From assembly GCA_020847715.1 (NCBI GenBank), contig JADLBM010000016.1:6919-70918 (forward strand): 64,000 bases of DNA, in the 5' to 3' direction. The notes under the pieces are model-generated. The model was not told the DNA's origin and did no database searches. It was given only the letters and a program-made list of their open reading frames with translations. The DNA is from Candidatus Yanofskybacteria bacterium (GTDB taxonomy: Bacteria > Patescibacteriota > Minisyncoccia > 2-02-FULL-40-12 > GWA2-44-9). Below are positions 49,256 through 59,005 of the stretch, one piece after another. Within the stretch, counting starts at the first letter, position 1. Each line of letters starts with the position of its first letter. Both the position numbers and the translations under genes were made by a program.

Positions 49256-49864
49256 TCAGAGAAGATTTAATTCGACGAGCGCTGTTTCAAAGTACCCAAG
49301 CACCTGCTTCGCCTCAGTATACCTGAGAAAGTAGTCAATCTCATGCGCCACCCGATTCCTTACTTTGTGTGCCCACCAAATACCATCGAGAGAGCGGAGT
49401 GTTCCGGGTTGAATATTGGTGAGGCGGTCGCCGAATGAATCTCCGGGGAATCCTGCGCGCGCGAGCGCATCCTCGACAAGCTTATCCGCCTCGAGCACGG
49501 CAAGCTTCCAGTCCCCTTCTCGGGTCGACTCGAGGTGCTGAACAATAGCAGACCACCGCGCAGCCAGCATACCCGCTTGTCCCTCGGGAGCGGTCGAAGT
49601 CTCCGGAACCGCCACAGGAGTTGCTACGCCCTGCTTCGCCCGGACAATGCTCTTCTGTCGCGCCACAAATGCGATGAATGCTGCGAGCGCGACACAGACC
49701 ACGAGCGCAATCTGCGAGAGGAGGGTGGTCACGCTTCCGGCGGTCGGGTTCGTACGAACAAAGTCGCCAACGCGCGCCGGAAGCGATGCGTCCCATGCGG
49801 GCCCCTCCCGTAGGAGTGTCGCGAACAACTCAGTGAGTATCTGCCGTAGATGTTCGTAGAGCAT
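49256..49864 (-). CDS. Conserved hypothetical membrane protein
   Basis: TM helix plus W..AVLEADKL...GDSFGDRL...[11 protein letters not shown] (HEPN-like RNxxxH). Confidence 0.7.
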   Translation of the reverse strand: MLYEHLRQILTELFATLLREGPAWDASLPARVGDFVRTNPTAGSVTTLLSQIALVVCVALAAFIAFVARQKSIVRAKQGVATPVAVPETSTAPEGQAGMLAARWSAIVQHLESTREGDWKLAVLEADKLVEDALARAGFPGDSFGDRLTNIQPGTLRSLDGIWWAHKVRNRVAHEIDYFLRYTEAKQVLGYFETALVELNLL

Positions 49865-51260
49865 CTTCAAGGTGTTTTGCGACACGGAGCACCATCCCCT
49901 CTTCAAACATGTTTCCGATAATCTGGAATCCTACGGGCATACCCGACGCAGCGCCGAGACCGCACGGGACCGAGATTGCGGGGACTCCGGCGAGGTTCAC
50001 GGGGACGGTGTAGATATCGGAAAGGTACATCGCAAGCGGGTCGTCGCTCTTTTCTCCTATCTTGAATGCGGTGGTCGGCGATGTCGGTCCGACGATGACA
50101 TCAACCTGCTCAAATGCGCGGTCGAAATCCTGCCGGATGAGCGCGCGAACTTTTTGTGCTTTCAGATAGTACGCATCGAAGTACCCGGCAGAGAGCGCGT
50201 AGGTTCCCAGCATGATGCGGCGAAGCGGCTCGGGACCAAATCCCTGCGCACGACTCTTGGTGTACACCTCAAGCAGCTGCTCCGCATCGGGTGATGCGTA
50301 GCCGTATCGAATGCCATCGTACCGCGAGAGGTTCGCCGACACCTCACACGGCTGCACGATGTAGTACACGGCAAGGGCGTATGCACTATGCGGCAAAGAA
50401 ATCTCTTTCACCTCAGCCCCCGCCGCCCGAAGCAGCTGAATCCCCTCCTCCACCCGCGCGCGAACCTCATCGCTCAACCCTTCGCCAAAGTATTCCTTCG
50501 GCACACCGACGCGTACACCGGTCATATCGCGCTTCATCTCTGCGATATACTCGGGCACATCGCGCACAACGGTCGTTGAATCGAGCGGGTCCGGCCCTGC
50601 AATAGCGCCGAGCACGAGCGCAGCATCTTCGACGGTCTTCGTGAATGGTCCTATTTGATCCAACGATGACGCCATCGCCATGAGGCCATGACGGCTCACG
50701 CGACCGTAGGTCGGCTTTAGTCCAACCACACCGCACAGCGCAGCCGGTTGTCGAATCGAGCCACCGGTATCGGAACCGAGCGAAAACACACAGAGATCCG
50801 CCGCAACCGCCGCGGCAGACCCCGCAGAGCTGCCGCCCGGCACGCGGTCGGTGTCCCATGGATTTCGCACCACTCCATAGGCGCTGTTCTCCCCCGACGA
50901 CCCCATAGCGAATTCGTCCATGTTCGTCTTTCCCAACAGCTGGGCGCCTCCGGCGCGAAGCTTCGCGTACGCAGTCGCATCATATGCGGACACATAGCGC
51001 TCTAGTATCTTTGAGCCGCCGGTCGCGATGGTTCCCGCAACCAACATGTTGTCCTTCAGCGCATACGGAATACCGGCGAGCACCGATGCGTCCTTCCCGA
51101 GATCGGCGTATGAAAAATCAGCAGTCCGAAACGCATTCAGAAGACCGTTCTGTTCGGCAATACGGCGCTGGTAGTGCTCGAACAACCGCTCGGGCGTCAA
51201 CGCACCCGCCAGAAATGCCGCTCGGGCCGATGCGATGGTGTATCCAATATCTTTACTCAT
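49830..51260 (-). CDS. gatA: Asp/Glu-tRNA amidotransferase subunit A
   Basis: [44 protein letters not shown]. Confidence 0.97.
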   Translation of the reverse strand: MSKDIGYTIASARAAFLAGALTPERLFEHYQRRIAEQNGLLNAFRTADFSYADLGKDASVLAGIPYALKDNMLVAGTIATGGSKILERYVSAYDATAYAKLRAGGAQLLGKTNMDEFAMGSSGENSAYGVVRNPWDTDRVPGGSSAGSAAAVAADLCVFSLGSDTGGSIRQPAALCGVVGLKPTYGRVSRHGLMAMASSLDQIGPFTKTVEDAALVLGAIAGPDPLDSTTVVRDVPEYIAEMKRDMTGVRVGVPKEYFGEGLSDEVRARVEEGIQLLRAAGAEVKEISLPHSAYALAVYYIVQPCEVSANLSRYDGIRYGYASPDAEQLLEVYTKSRAQGFGPEPLRRIMLGTYALSAGYFDAYYLKAQKVRALIRQDFDRAFEQVDVIVGPTSPTTAFKIGEKSDDPLAMYLSDIYTVPVNLAGVPAISVPCGLGAASGMPVGFQIIGNMFEEGMVLRVAKHLEDALRTSTADTH

Positions 51261-51559
51261 GTGCGTTTCACGGCTTTCACTTTCACGAATCGCCCTTCAT
51301 GCTCCGGCGCCTGCTCGACGAGGCGGCTGAAGAGCGCAGTATCCATCGGAAAATCGCCGCGATGCTCGTCGGGTCTCGTTCGATTCTGGAGACCGGTCAC
51401 CTGATAGAGTGGCTCGACACCGGTCGTGTCTGCTTTCTCGAGCACCGCAATATAATCGAGAACGCTCGAAAGGTCTTTCTTCATGCGCTCACGCAACGCA
51501 TCGGTGAGTTCGATGCGGGCAAGCTTTGCGATGTGACTCACTTCCTGGTCGGTCAGCAT
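51257..51559 (-). CDS. gatC: Asp/Glu-tRNA amidotransferase subunit C
   Basis: [11 protein letters not shown]...DTTGVEP...FVKVKAV; directly upstream of gatA. Confidence 0.93.
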   Translation of the reverse strand: MLTDQEVSHIAKLARIELTDALRERMKKDLSSVLDYIAVLEKADTTGVEPLYQVTGLQNRTRPDEHRGDFPMDTALFSRLVEQAPEHEGRFVKVKAVKRT

Positions 51560-51607
51560 AGCGGCATCCTAGCATGGAAATTGGCTGAAATAAATAGGTT
51601 CTTTATG

Positions 51608-51684
51608 GTAACTCAGAATCGCTCAAGCGGCACAGCCGCTGCGATTCTGCCCGTTTTGATAATGCTGTATGCATTATCAAAACG
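51608..51684. repeat. Two-hairpin structured element, copy 2
   Basis: Homologous to 26517..26593 with compensatory stem changes. Confidence 0.7.
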
Positions 51685-51719
51685 AAAGCCCCGGGCGATG
51701 TGCACGGGGCAGATGAGGA

Positions 51720-51797
51720 TGGAGGCGACGGATGGGAGTTTCAGCCCACCGAGTACAGGGTTTGCAGGCCCTGCGCGTTGTTCTTCGCCACGCCGCC
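51720..51797 (-). tRNA. Non-canonical tRNA-Cys(GCA)-like gene
   Basis: GGCGGCG/CGTCGCC-T-CCA acceptor; D arm GCG-AAGAACAA-CGC; anticodon arm CAGGG-CCTGCAAA-CCCTG; T arm GGTGGG-CTGAAACT-CCCATC; upstream TGCTAGAAT; downstream terminator. Confidence 0.75.
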
Positions 51798-51858
51798 GAT
51801 TTGATTCTAGCAGCTTCGCTGCTCGCGAAAAAGTGCTGGCGTCGGGCGACCGGGAAGC

Positions 51859-52296
51859 CTACTTCTTGCGAACGCTCAAAACTCCCTGCACAGCGACAAA
51901 GTACGAGCGCTCGCCGACCCCAACCCTGCCCGCACTCACGGGACGAGCGAAGGGCAAGCGGAACATGTTCTTCCCCTGCGTTACCGTGATATGGGCATCA
52001 ACCGGAGCCCACACGAAGTAGTAGGAGGAGCACAGCTTTGCGCTATCTACCGCGACCACAAGCCAAAGTGTTATGACCGCCGTCCCCGTGCCGCACTCAT
52101 CAACATCGAGTCGCCGGAAACCGAACGTCAAGCGCATCGTGCACCGACGGACCCCGTCTTTGTTGGTCTCGCGCACCTTCGTGAAGCGCCTGACATGAGT
52201 CACCGACACCGGAGAGACGGCAGCGACGGCAAGCGCACCATTCAGAGCGCTCAGCGCTGCCAATTCTCGCTCGGACAGCTCTTTCCCTTTCGCCAT
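51859..52296 (-). CDS. Hypothetical protein (145 aa, orphan)
   Basis: GGGGAGG SD within a structured leader; lies directly upstream of the odd tRNA. Confidence 0.6.
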   Translation of the reverse strand: MAKGKELSERELAALSALNGALAVAAVSPVSVTHVRRFTKVRETNKDGVRRCTMRLTFGFRRLDVDECGTGTAVITLWLVVAVDSAKLCSSYYFVWAPVDAHITVTQGKNMFRLPFARPVSAGRVGVGERSYFVAVQGVLSVRKK

Positions 52297-52382
52297 TGTC
52301 AAACCCTCCCCTCACGGGAGTACGCGGCGGCATGCCGCATAGCACCGTCACGGTGCGTCGCTATTATGCCACACACTATGCA

Positions 52383-54401
52383 CTACTTCAAGAGTGCGAG
52401 GAATTCTTCTTCCGAGAGCTGCTCGATACCGTGTTTCTCCGCGGCAGCAATTTTCGCCGCGCCCGGCTCTGCGCCTACAACAATATAGCTGGTCGCCTTA
52501 CTCACCGAGCTGGTTGCCTTGCCACCCAACGAGCGGACTTTTTCTTCGGCTTCCTCGCGACTCAGCGTATCCAGCGTTCCAGTCACCACGAATGTTTTTC
52601 CGGACAGCTTTCCTTTTGACGCGGCCTTCTCGGAAAGCACGCGTACACCTGCCGCCTCGAACTTGTTGAGCAGCTGCTTGGCGTATGACCGCGCGAACCA
52701 CTCAGCAATACTGTGCGCCACCACTGGGCCGACATCGGGAACCGCCGTGAGCTCCTCCTCGGATGCGTTCGCCAGCGCGGCAAGCGTATGAAAATGCTGG
52801 GCGAGTGCCCGTGCAGTCTCCTCCCCCACATGTTCGATTCCTAGTGCATAAACGAATCGCGCGAGCGGAACCTCCGTCCGCGACCGGATGGACTCCACCA
52901 GCTTCGCACTCGAAACATCCGCGAATCCCTCAAGGTTCATAAGATCTTCCGGCGTGAGCGTGAAGAGATCTGCCGCATCGGTGATGAGTCCCGCATCGAG
53001 AAGTTGGTCGAGCGTTTGCGGCCCGAGTCCTTCGATGTTCAGCGCGTTGCGACTGACAAAGTGATAGATGCCCCGCCGCTGCTGTGCTGGACACTCCCGA
53101 TTCGGGCACGCAAATGCGACCTGCCCTTGCGCGCGTGTAACGGCCGTACCACACACAGGGCACTTCTTCGGCATCTGGAACTCTCTCGCTCCTGCGGGTC
53201 GAAGCTCGGGAAGCACCTTGAGGATATCCGGAATCACATCCCCCGCCCGCCCGACAATGACCGTATCGCCGATGCGCACATCGAGGCGTCGCACTTCATC
53301 TATATTATGGAGCGTCGCCCGACTCACTGTGATGCCGCCAATATGCACTGGCCGCAGATGCGCAACCGGCGTGAGCACACCCGTTCGCCCCACCTGCACC
53401 TGAATATCCTCCACGACGGTCTCCGCCTGCCTCGGTGCAAACTTGAATGCGATAGCGCCGCGGGGCGACTTCCCCACGATGCCGGCGCGACGGTAGACCG
53501 CGTTGTCGTTCACGGAAATCACCGTGCCGTCGAACTCGTAATCCAGCGCATCGCGTTTCGTCTCCCATGCTACGTAGAACGCGAGCACATCGGATATGTC
53601 GGCGGCGACAACGCCATGCGGGTTTACGGGAATGCCCCACGCCCGCAATGCGTCATATTCATCACTGTGCGTCGCGAAGTCGCCACCGTAGGAGCCGTCG
53701 GTCCCCACGATGCTGTATCCATAGAATGAAAGCTTCCTCCCCGCGGTCACCGAAGGGTCAAGCTGGCGGATGGTCCCCGCCGCGAGGTTGCGCGGGTTGG
53801 CGTAGACCTTCTCCTCGCCATGCGCGAGCTCGGCATTGATGCGCGCAAATTCACTCTTAAGCAGAAACACCTCCCCACGCACCAGGAGTACATCCGGCAC
53901 CGCGCGGTCGGCGTCTCTCAAGCGCAACGGCACCGCCTCCACGGTACGAATATTCTGTGTCACATCCTCCCCCACCATGCCATCGCCTCGTGTCGACGCC
54001 TGCACCAACACGCCGCGCTCGTACCGCAGCTCGATAGCAAGTCCGTCCATTTTCAGGTCGCAATAGAACCCGCCACGGTACGGCGCGCCCAAAAAATTCT
54101 CCAGCCGTTCGAGCCATGCTCGGAAATCGGCCTCCGAGAACGCATCATTGAGCGATATCATGCGCCCGGGGTGTGGCACCTTGGTGAACCCCTCCAGCGG
54201 CGTGCCGGCAACCCGCTGGGTCGGCGAATCGGGCGTAATCAGCTCAGGGTATTGCTGCTCAAGGTCGAACAGCTCCTTCTTCAGGGAATCCAACGCATCC
54301 TCGGATATCGAAAGCCGGTCGAGCACGTGGTACTCGTACCGGTACTGGTCAATGAGCGTGCGCAGCTTTGCGATACGCTCCGTGGCGGCGGCCTTATCCA
54401 T
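52383..54401 (-). CDS. ligA: NAD-dependent DNA ligase
   Basis: SPTQRV, KMDG, TRGDG..GEDVT, NPRNLAAG, VGRTG, Zn finger, HhH, BRCT; start ATG 54401. Confidence 0.97.
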   Translation of the reverse strand: MDKAAATERIAKLRTLIDQYRYEYHVLDRLSISEDALDSLKKELFDLEQQYPELITPDSPTQRVAGTPLEGFTKVPHPGRMISLNDAFSEADFRAWLERLENFLGAPYRGGFYCDLKMDGLAIELRYERGVLVQASTRGDGMVGEDVTQNIRTVEAVPLRLRDADRAVPDVLLVRGEVFLLKSEFARINAELAHGEEKVYANPRNLAAGTIRQLDPSVTAGRKLSFYGYSIVGTDGSYGGDFATHSDEYDALRAWGIPVNPHGVVAADISDVLAFYVAWETKRDALDYEFDGTVISVNDNAVYRRAGIVGKSPRGAIAFKFAPRQAETVVEDIQVQVGRTGVLTPVAHLRPVHIGGITVSRATLHNIDEVRRLDVRIGDTVIVGRAGDVIPDILKVLPELRPAGAREFQMPKKCPVCGTAVTRAQGQVAFACPNRECPAQQRRGIYHFVSRNALNIEGLGPQTLDQLLDAGLITDAADLFTLTPEDLMNLEGFADVSSAKLVESIRSRTEVPLARFVYALGIEHVGEETARALAQHFHTLAALANASEEELTAVPDVGPVVAHSIAEWFARSYAKQLLNKFEAAGVRVLSEKAASKGKLSGKTFVVTGTLDTLSREEAEEKVRSLGGKATSSVSKATSYIVVGAEPGAAKIAAAEKHGIEQLSEEEFLALLK

Positions 54402-54448
54402 GGCCGTATCATAGCAAAAATACAGAAGCCTCCCACCCTCCAGAGCGC

Positions 54449-54823
54449 CTACTGCGAGATCTCCAGCGCGCGGGAGGTGCCTCGATACTTCCCAATTGCT
54501 CGGAACTGGAACGACGCACTTCCCAGCGCTGCACAGTTTCCTGTGATATCTCCGCCTCCGCCGACATTTATCAACTGATAGGTCGCATCCAGCGAAAAAG
54601 AGAGTGGGCTCTGATCTATTGTCGAGCGCGCCTCGTAGAGGCACAGCTCGGCGGCACTATCCGCCGCGTAGAGCGCAACGACCGAGTCTCGCGCGGCGGC
54701 CGCGGATTTGAGTTTCCCGATGAAGAGCGAGCTGAGCGTGAGGCCGATAGCCAGCATCACCGACATGGTCAACATGGCATAGATGATGACACTCCCCCGC
54801 TGTGAGAAGGTTTGGGCGGTCAT
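54449..54823 (-). CDS. PilX-like minor pilin
   Basis: QRG|SVIIYAML hydrophobic helix, ALYAADSAAELCLY. Confidence 0.75.
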   Translation of the reverse strand: MTAQTFSQRGSVIIYAMLTMSVMLAIGLTLSSLFIGKLKSAAAARDSVVALYAADSAAELCLYEARSTIDQSPLSFSLDATYQLINVGGGGDITGNCAALGSASFQFRAIGKYRGTSRALEISQ

Positions 54824-55362
54824 GGTGCAAGATCTTGAGAAAGGTCGCGAGATGCGATGGTCGTCTGGAGCGATACGGTGACTTGCGCGCCCGCGCGGCC
54901 GGCAGTCGAGCGAAGTGTCATAGGAATCGTCACCCGCGCCTGCCGCCCTCCAGGACCGGAGCCGCTCACGCAGAACGCGAACGCGGAAATGTCGACATCG
55001 CTTGAGGTAATCTGCTCGGGGCCGCTGCCGGCATCCCTCGTCACCACACCAACGCCGGATGTTTTCGTGTAGGTGTACGTAATCGGCCCGCTCACGGGGT
55101 GCTCGATGGTAAGCGTATGCGTCGTGCTCGGGTCGGGAGGCGTGCACACCGTGTCGGCGCTCGTCACGCGGCTCACGCGAACCTCGCGCGCGATGGACTC
55201 CAACAGGTACTGTGCGTTCTCCTCTATCTTTTGGATGCCCGTCGCTCGACGCTGAAGGTCCAGCGCCTGCATGAACAGTCCCGTTACGCCGGCAACAACA
55301 AATGTGAAGATCGTCGCGGCGACCAAGAGCTCAACGAGAGAAAAGCCGTGCTGGTATTTCAT
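54820..55362 (-). CDS. Minor pilin (PilW-like)
   Basis: HG|FSLVELLVA prepilin motif. Confidence 0.85.
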   Translation of the reverse strand: MKYQHGFSLVELLVAATIFTFVVAGVTGLFMQALDLQRRATGIQKIEENAQYLLESIAREVRVSRVTSADTVCTPPDPSTTHTLTIEHPVSGPITYTYTKTSGVGVVTRDAGSGPEQITSSDVDISAFAFCVSGSGPGGRQARVTIPMTLRSTAGRAGAQVTVSLQTTIASRDLSQDLAP

Positions 55363-55841
55363 GGGAGCCAATTGAACAGGTGAGACTCGACAACAAAACG
55401 CTTGTCCGTCTTCCGCTCGCGCCATGTAACTTCGCTCAGAACCGAAAGCTCGACGGGAGATACCTGCGTAATTGTGATCTTTCGCTGGAACGGCGAATTC
55501 ACTCCGGACCCGTACTGATACATCCCCGTCGCGGCGTCGAACTTCAGCGGAATATTCTTCCCGATATCCTGAGGAACATCGGAGCTCCACTCCACCCGAC
55601 ATCCGCCGGTACACGCGTCGAGTCCTGCGTTGAACGCCCGCCCCGCAAACCAGTTGTCATCCCTCATCGAACGAACCACTTCTATCCCCTCTTGGGCGAC
55701 ATTCGCCGCAATGAGCGCATTCCGAATGGTCGTCGAGAGCGTGAGGGCATTCGAAGCCTGAATGAACGCTGGCACCAGACCGACGCTCAGGAGCGTCAGC
55801 GCGACCAGCACTTCGACAAGTGTGAATCCTTTCTGCGTCAT
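55359..55841 (-). CDS. Minor pilin (PilV-like)
   Basis: KG|FTLVEVLVA; AQEGIEVVRS. Confidence 0.85.
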   Translation of the reverse strand: MTQKGFTLVEVLVALTLLSVGLVPAFIQASNALTLSTTIRNALIAANVAQEGIEVVRSMRDDNWFAGRAFNAGLDACTGGCRVEWSSDVPQDIGKNIPLKFDAATGMYQYGSGVNSPFQRKITITQVSPVELSVLSEVTWRERKTDKRFVVESHLFNWLP

Positions 55842-56383
55842 TGTAATTGGATGCGTCCGGATGACGAAACGGAAACGGTCCGACAGTCGGGCGAGGGACA
55901 GTGCGCTCCTTTTCGGCGCACAACAACCGTCGTGCTCGCTCCCGGGTTCGAGACACCGTTCAGGTAGGTCGTCGGATTCGGAGGCTCGAAGTAGATATCG
56001 GGCAGCGGAGGAACGATTTCGAGCACATTACTTGCGAGGACCACCTGCCGAAGTACGGTACTCGCCGCCGCGTCGAATACCCGCGGCGCGCCCGTACAAT
56101 CAACGGCCGCAGACTCTGGCCCCGCGTAGAGGGTATACCCCGTCGCAGCAAAATGGATTCCGTACCCGCACCGGTAGGTGCCCCGCACCAGCGAGCCGGC
56201 CAGTGCCTGTGCCTGCGCCTCGCGAATCGCATCCTGTATCGTGAGAACGGTCTGATTCAGATCGACGCGCGTGCGGGAAAAGTTTATGACCAACAACCCC
56301 GTGATGAACACGGTGATACTTGCGACAACGAGTACCTCGATCAGCGTGAACCCTTGTTGTGGATGATGACTGGTGTTGAGCAT
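55838..56383 (-). CDS. Minor pilin (FimT/GspH-like)
   Basis: QG|FTLIEVLVV; IREAQAQA; YGIHF. Confidence 0.85.
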   Translation of the reverse strand: MLNTSHHPQQGFTLIEVLVVASITVFITGLLVINFSRTRVDLNQTVLTIQDAIREAQAQALAGSLVRGTYRCGYGIHFAATGYTLYAGPESAAVDCTGAPRVFDAAASTVLRQVVLASNVLEIVPPLPDIYFEPPNPTTYLNGVSNPGASTTVVVRRKGAHCPSPDCRTVSVSSSGRIQLQ

Positions 56384-57141
56384 TAGAACGCGGGAGTGAG
56401 CAGCCCTGAAAGGTACGCAATCCAGCTTGGAGCGAGAAGGGTTGCGATTGCTGCGGCAGTCCAGAACGACCCGAACGGAAGGGCCGTCTGCATAGTCGCT
56501 CTTCGGAATACCATCAGACCGACTCCGGCGAGGGCGCCTCCCCAGATGGCGGCCAGCGTTACGCCAACTGCCATCGGATACCCGAACAGCGCTCCGATCA
56601 CGAATGCAAGCTTCACATCCCCGAACCCGAGCCACCGGCCGCGCGAGTAGAAGAAGAGCAGGGCGAGCAGCGAGGAAAGGAGCACTCCGGTCGCGAGCGC
56701 ATTCACGAGTTGATCCGGACGATAGTATGCGATGCGCGCGACAACGAGAAGCGCCAAAGGATAGACAATGGCATCCGGAAGCATGTGGTGAACGAGATCA
56801 AAGAAGAACAGCCCGACCAATCCAAAGAGCACCACAAGGCCGAGGAGGCTCCACATGGTCGCAACGCCGGACACAATAACGGCGGTGGCGAGAACAGCTG
56901 CGGTCGTCAGCTCGAGCACCGGATAGAGCGTCGAGATGGGCCCGCCACAGTAGCGACATTTTCCGCGGAGCCACACCCAACTAGCAAGCGGAACGAGGTC
57001 GTACCACGCCAGCACGTGCATACAGTTCGGGCAATGCGATCGCCCCGCAGCGGCCCCGCGCCAATGCGGCCATCTACCGATGAGCACGCTCAGGAAACTC
57101 CCGAGCATCAACCCAATACCCGCAGCAAGTATCGCCTCCAT
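56383..57141 (-). CDS. pilD: Prepilin peptidase
   Basis: GSFLSV, RSHCPNC, GKCRYC, FDL...LPD, GFGDVKL, LPFG. Confidence 0.93.
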   Translation of the reverse strand: MEAILAAGIGLMLGSFLSVLIGRWPHWRGAAAGRSHCPNCMHVLAWYDLVPLASWVWLRGKCRYCGGPISTLYPVLELTTAAVLATAVIVSGVATMWSLLGLVVLFGLVGLFFFDLVHHMLPDAIVYPLALLVVARIAYYRPDQLVNALATGVLLSSLLALLFFYSRGRWLGFGDVKLAFVIGALFGYPMAVGVTLAAIWGGALAGVGLMVFRRATMQTALPFGSFWTAAAIATLLAPSWIAYLSGLLTPAF

Positions 57142-57151
57142 ATTCCCCAGT

Positions 57152-57189
57152 ATACCATTCCGCCCTCCTTTTGGAGGGCGGAATGGTAT
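57152..57189. terminator. 17-bp perfect hairpin after the major pilin gene
   Basis: ATACCATTCCGCCCTCC-TTTT-GGAGGGCGGAATGGTAT. Confidence 0.65.
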
Positions 57190-57221
57190 CTCGTGCTACT
57201 CACCTCTTCTGCGCTTCAGTG

Positions 57222-57710
57222 CTATTGAATCCCTTGGTCGTAGACGCAGCTGGTCTTTGTCTTTGCACAATCGGAATCGCCCGCTCCCACGCTGTTCGTG
57301 TCGCCGGACCACCCGCTGCTATCGATATCGGCATCGCTGGTCAGCGCCGCGGCGGTCTGCTCGAGCGTCGCCCAAATCTGGAACTGCGAAGGTGCGGCAG
57401 CGGGATTGTAGGCGTACCCGTACGGCTGAGAGGTCAGCGGATCGACCGGAACACGCGTAAGGTAGCGACCGATTTCCGCCGCCGTGATAGCCGTCGGATA
57501 GACGCCGCCATTGTCTTCGAAGTATTGCTCGACGGCGGTGCGAATCTGGTTCACATCCGTGATGCGCTTCGTATCGCGGGCGCGGGCGCGGGCGGTACCG
57601 AGCTGCAACAGTACCAGCGTCGCAAGGACACCGATGATAGCGATAACGACCAACAGCTCCACAAGAGTGAAGCCCTTCTCACGCCGGAGGAACTTGGTGG
57701 GTGTGAACAT
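57222..57710 (-). CDS. Type IV pilin / GspG-like major pilin
   Basis: KG|FTLVELLVVIAIIG, ARDTKRITD, YP, VPVDP. Confidence 0.9.
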   Translation of the reverse strand: MFTPTKFLRREKGFTLVELLVVIAIIGVLATLVLLQLGTARARARDTKRITDVNQIRTAVEQYFEDNGGVYPTAITAAEIGRYLTRVPVDPLTSQPYGYAYNPAAAPSQFQIWATLEQTAAALTSDADIDSSGWSGDTNSVGAGDSDCAKTKTSCVYDQGIQ

Positions 57711-57786
57711 AAAACGAGTAACGTAAATACGCTTCTATTGTATATCCCTCGAACCACAAGCGACAGCTCGTTATCAACAGAACCCA

Positions 57787-59001
57787 CTAGCTCACCCCAA
57801 CCAACGAGTAGAGCGGCAGCAGTACTGATGCGACGAGAACCGCGACACCCAGACCGAGCACGACAACCAGTACTGGCTCGATGAGCGCAGAAATGTTGTC
57901 GATGCGGCTCTCGGACTCCGTGCGGTAGAACGTGCTCACATGGCCGAGCATGTAGTCGAGCTTCCCCGTGCGCTCCCCAATCGCAATCATCGACGCCATC
58001 AGCGACGGAACCTGTGCGCGATACTGGCGGAATACCTCGGAGACACTCCCTCCCCCGCGCACCTGCTCTTCGGCATGAAGAAGGATGTCGCGATACACCA
58101 CATTGTCGACGATGTCGCCCGTCACGCGAAGCGCATCGAGAATGGCGATGTCGCTCTTGATGAGCGTCGCCATGTTCTCTGCGATGCGCGCGAGGTAAAG
58201 CGACTTCAGGATAACCCCGAACAGCGGCATCCGAATCTTGAAAGCGTCCCACCACTGTCGCCCGTCCGGTGTCCGCACCCACTGCAATGAGCCAACGACC
58301 GTGATGACGAGCAGCGCGAGAATAAGCACGATGTAGCTGTTCGCAAAATCGGTCACCGCCATAAGCGCGCGCGTTGTAATCGGCAGATCGGTGACACCGG
58401 ACTCCTTGAAAATCACGAGAAGCTGGGGAAGCACATAGACCACCATGATGAGCGCCACGGCGACCATCGCGAAGATGACGAAAATCGGATACGCGAGCGC
58501 ATTGCGCACCTTTCCGACAATTGCCTGATTCCGCTCAAGGTAGTCGGCGAGGTACTGCAGCGACTGCTGAAGCCGTCCGGAAATCTCACCAGATCTGACC
58601 AGCTTCACATAGAACTGCGAGAAAAGCTTCGGATGGGCCGCGAACGCCGTCGAGAGCGATGTTCCACCCTCAAGTTTATCGCTCACATCCGCAATGATGT
58701 GCGCGAACGCGGGATTCTCGGTCTGCCCCGCAAGTGTCCGCATGCTTTCGGCGAGCGGCACATCGGCTTCAATGAGCGTCGAGAGTTGTCGGGTGAACAC
58801 GACAACATCTTTCGTCTTCGGGCGGTTGAAGAGCTGGTTCAGGTCGCCACCCGAAAAGATTCCCTTCTTGGCGGGGGCCAGCGCAAGCACAACGAACCCG
58901 CGCCCATGGAGCTCTGCAACGGCGGCGCTCTCATCGGGGGCCTCAATGAGCCCGCTCTGGAGTTTCCCGTCTTGGCTTTTGATCTGGTATGAAAATTGCA
59001 T
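57787..59001 (-). CDS. pilC: Type IV pilus platform protein PilC/GspF
   Basis: FTRQLSTLI, GEISG.L, ALAYP, GERTGKLD, LIEP. Confidence 0.93.
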   Translation of the reverse strand: MQFSYQIKSQDGKLQSGLIEAPDESAAVAELHGRGFVVLALAPAKKGIFSGGDLNQLFNRPKTKDVVVFTRQLSTLIEADVPLAESMRTLAGQTENPAFAHIIADVSDKLEGGTSLSTAFAAHPKLFSQFYVKLVRSGEISGRLQQSLQYLADYLERNQAIVGKVRNALAYPIFVIFAMVAVALIMVVYVLPQLLVIFKESGVTDLPITTRALMAVTDFANSYIVLILALLVITVVGSLQWVRTPDGRQWWDAFKIRMPLFGVILKSLYLARIAENMATLIKSDIAILDALRVTGDIVDNVVYRDILLHAEEQVRGGGSVSEVFRQYRAQVPSLMASMIAIGERTGKLDYMLGHVSTFYRTESESRIDNISALIEPVLVVVLGLGVAVLVASVLLPLYSLVGVS

Positions 59002-59005
59002 CGTA

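Noticed and set aside
50984-52021. 345-aa plus-strand ORF
   Set aside because: It overlaps gatA, gatC, the tRNA-like gene and an orphan on the opposite strand, and has no protein-like features.
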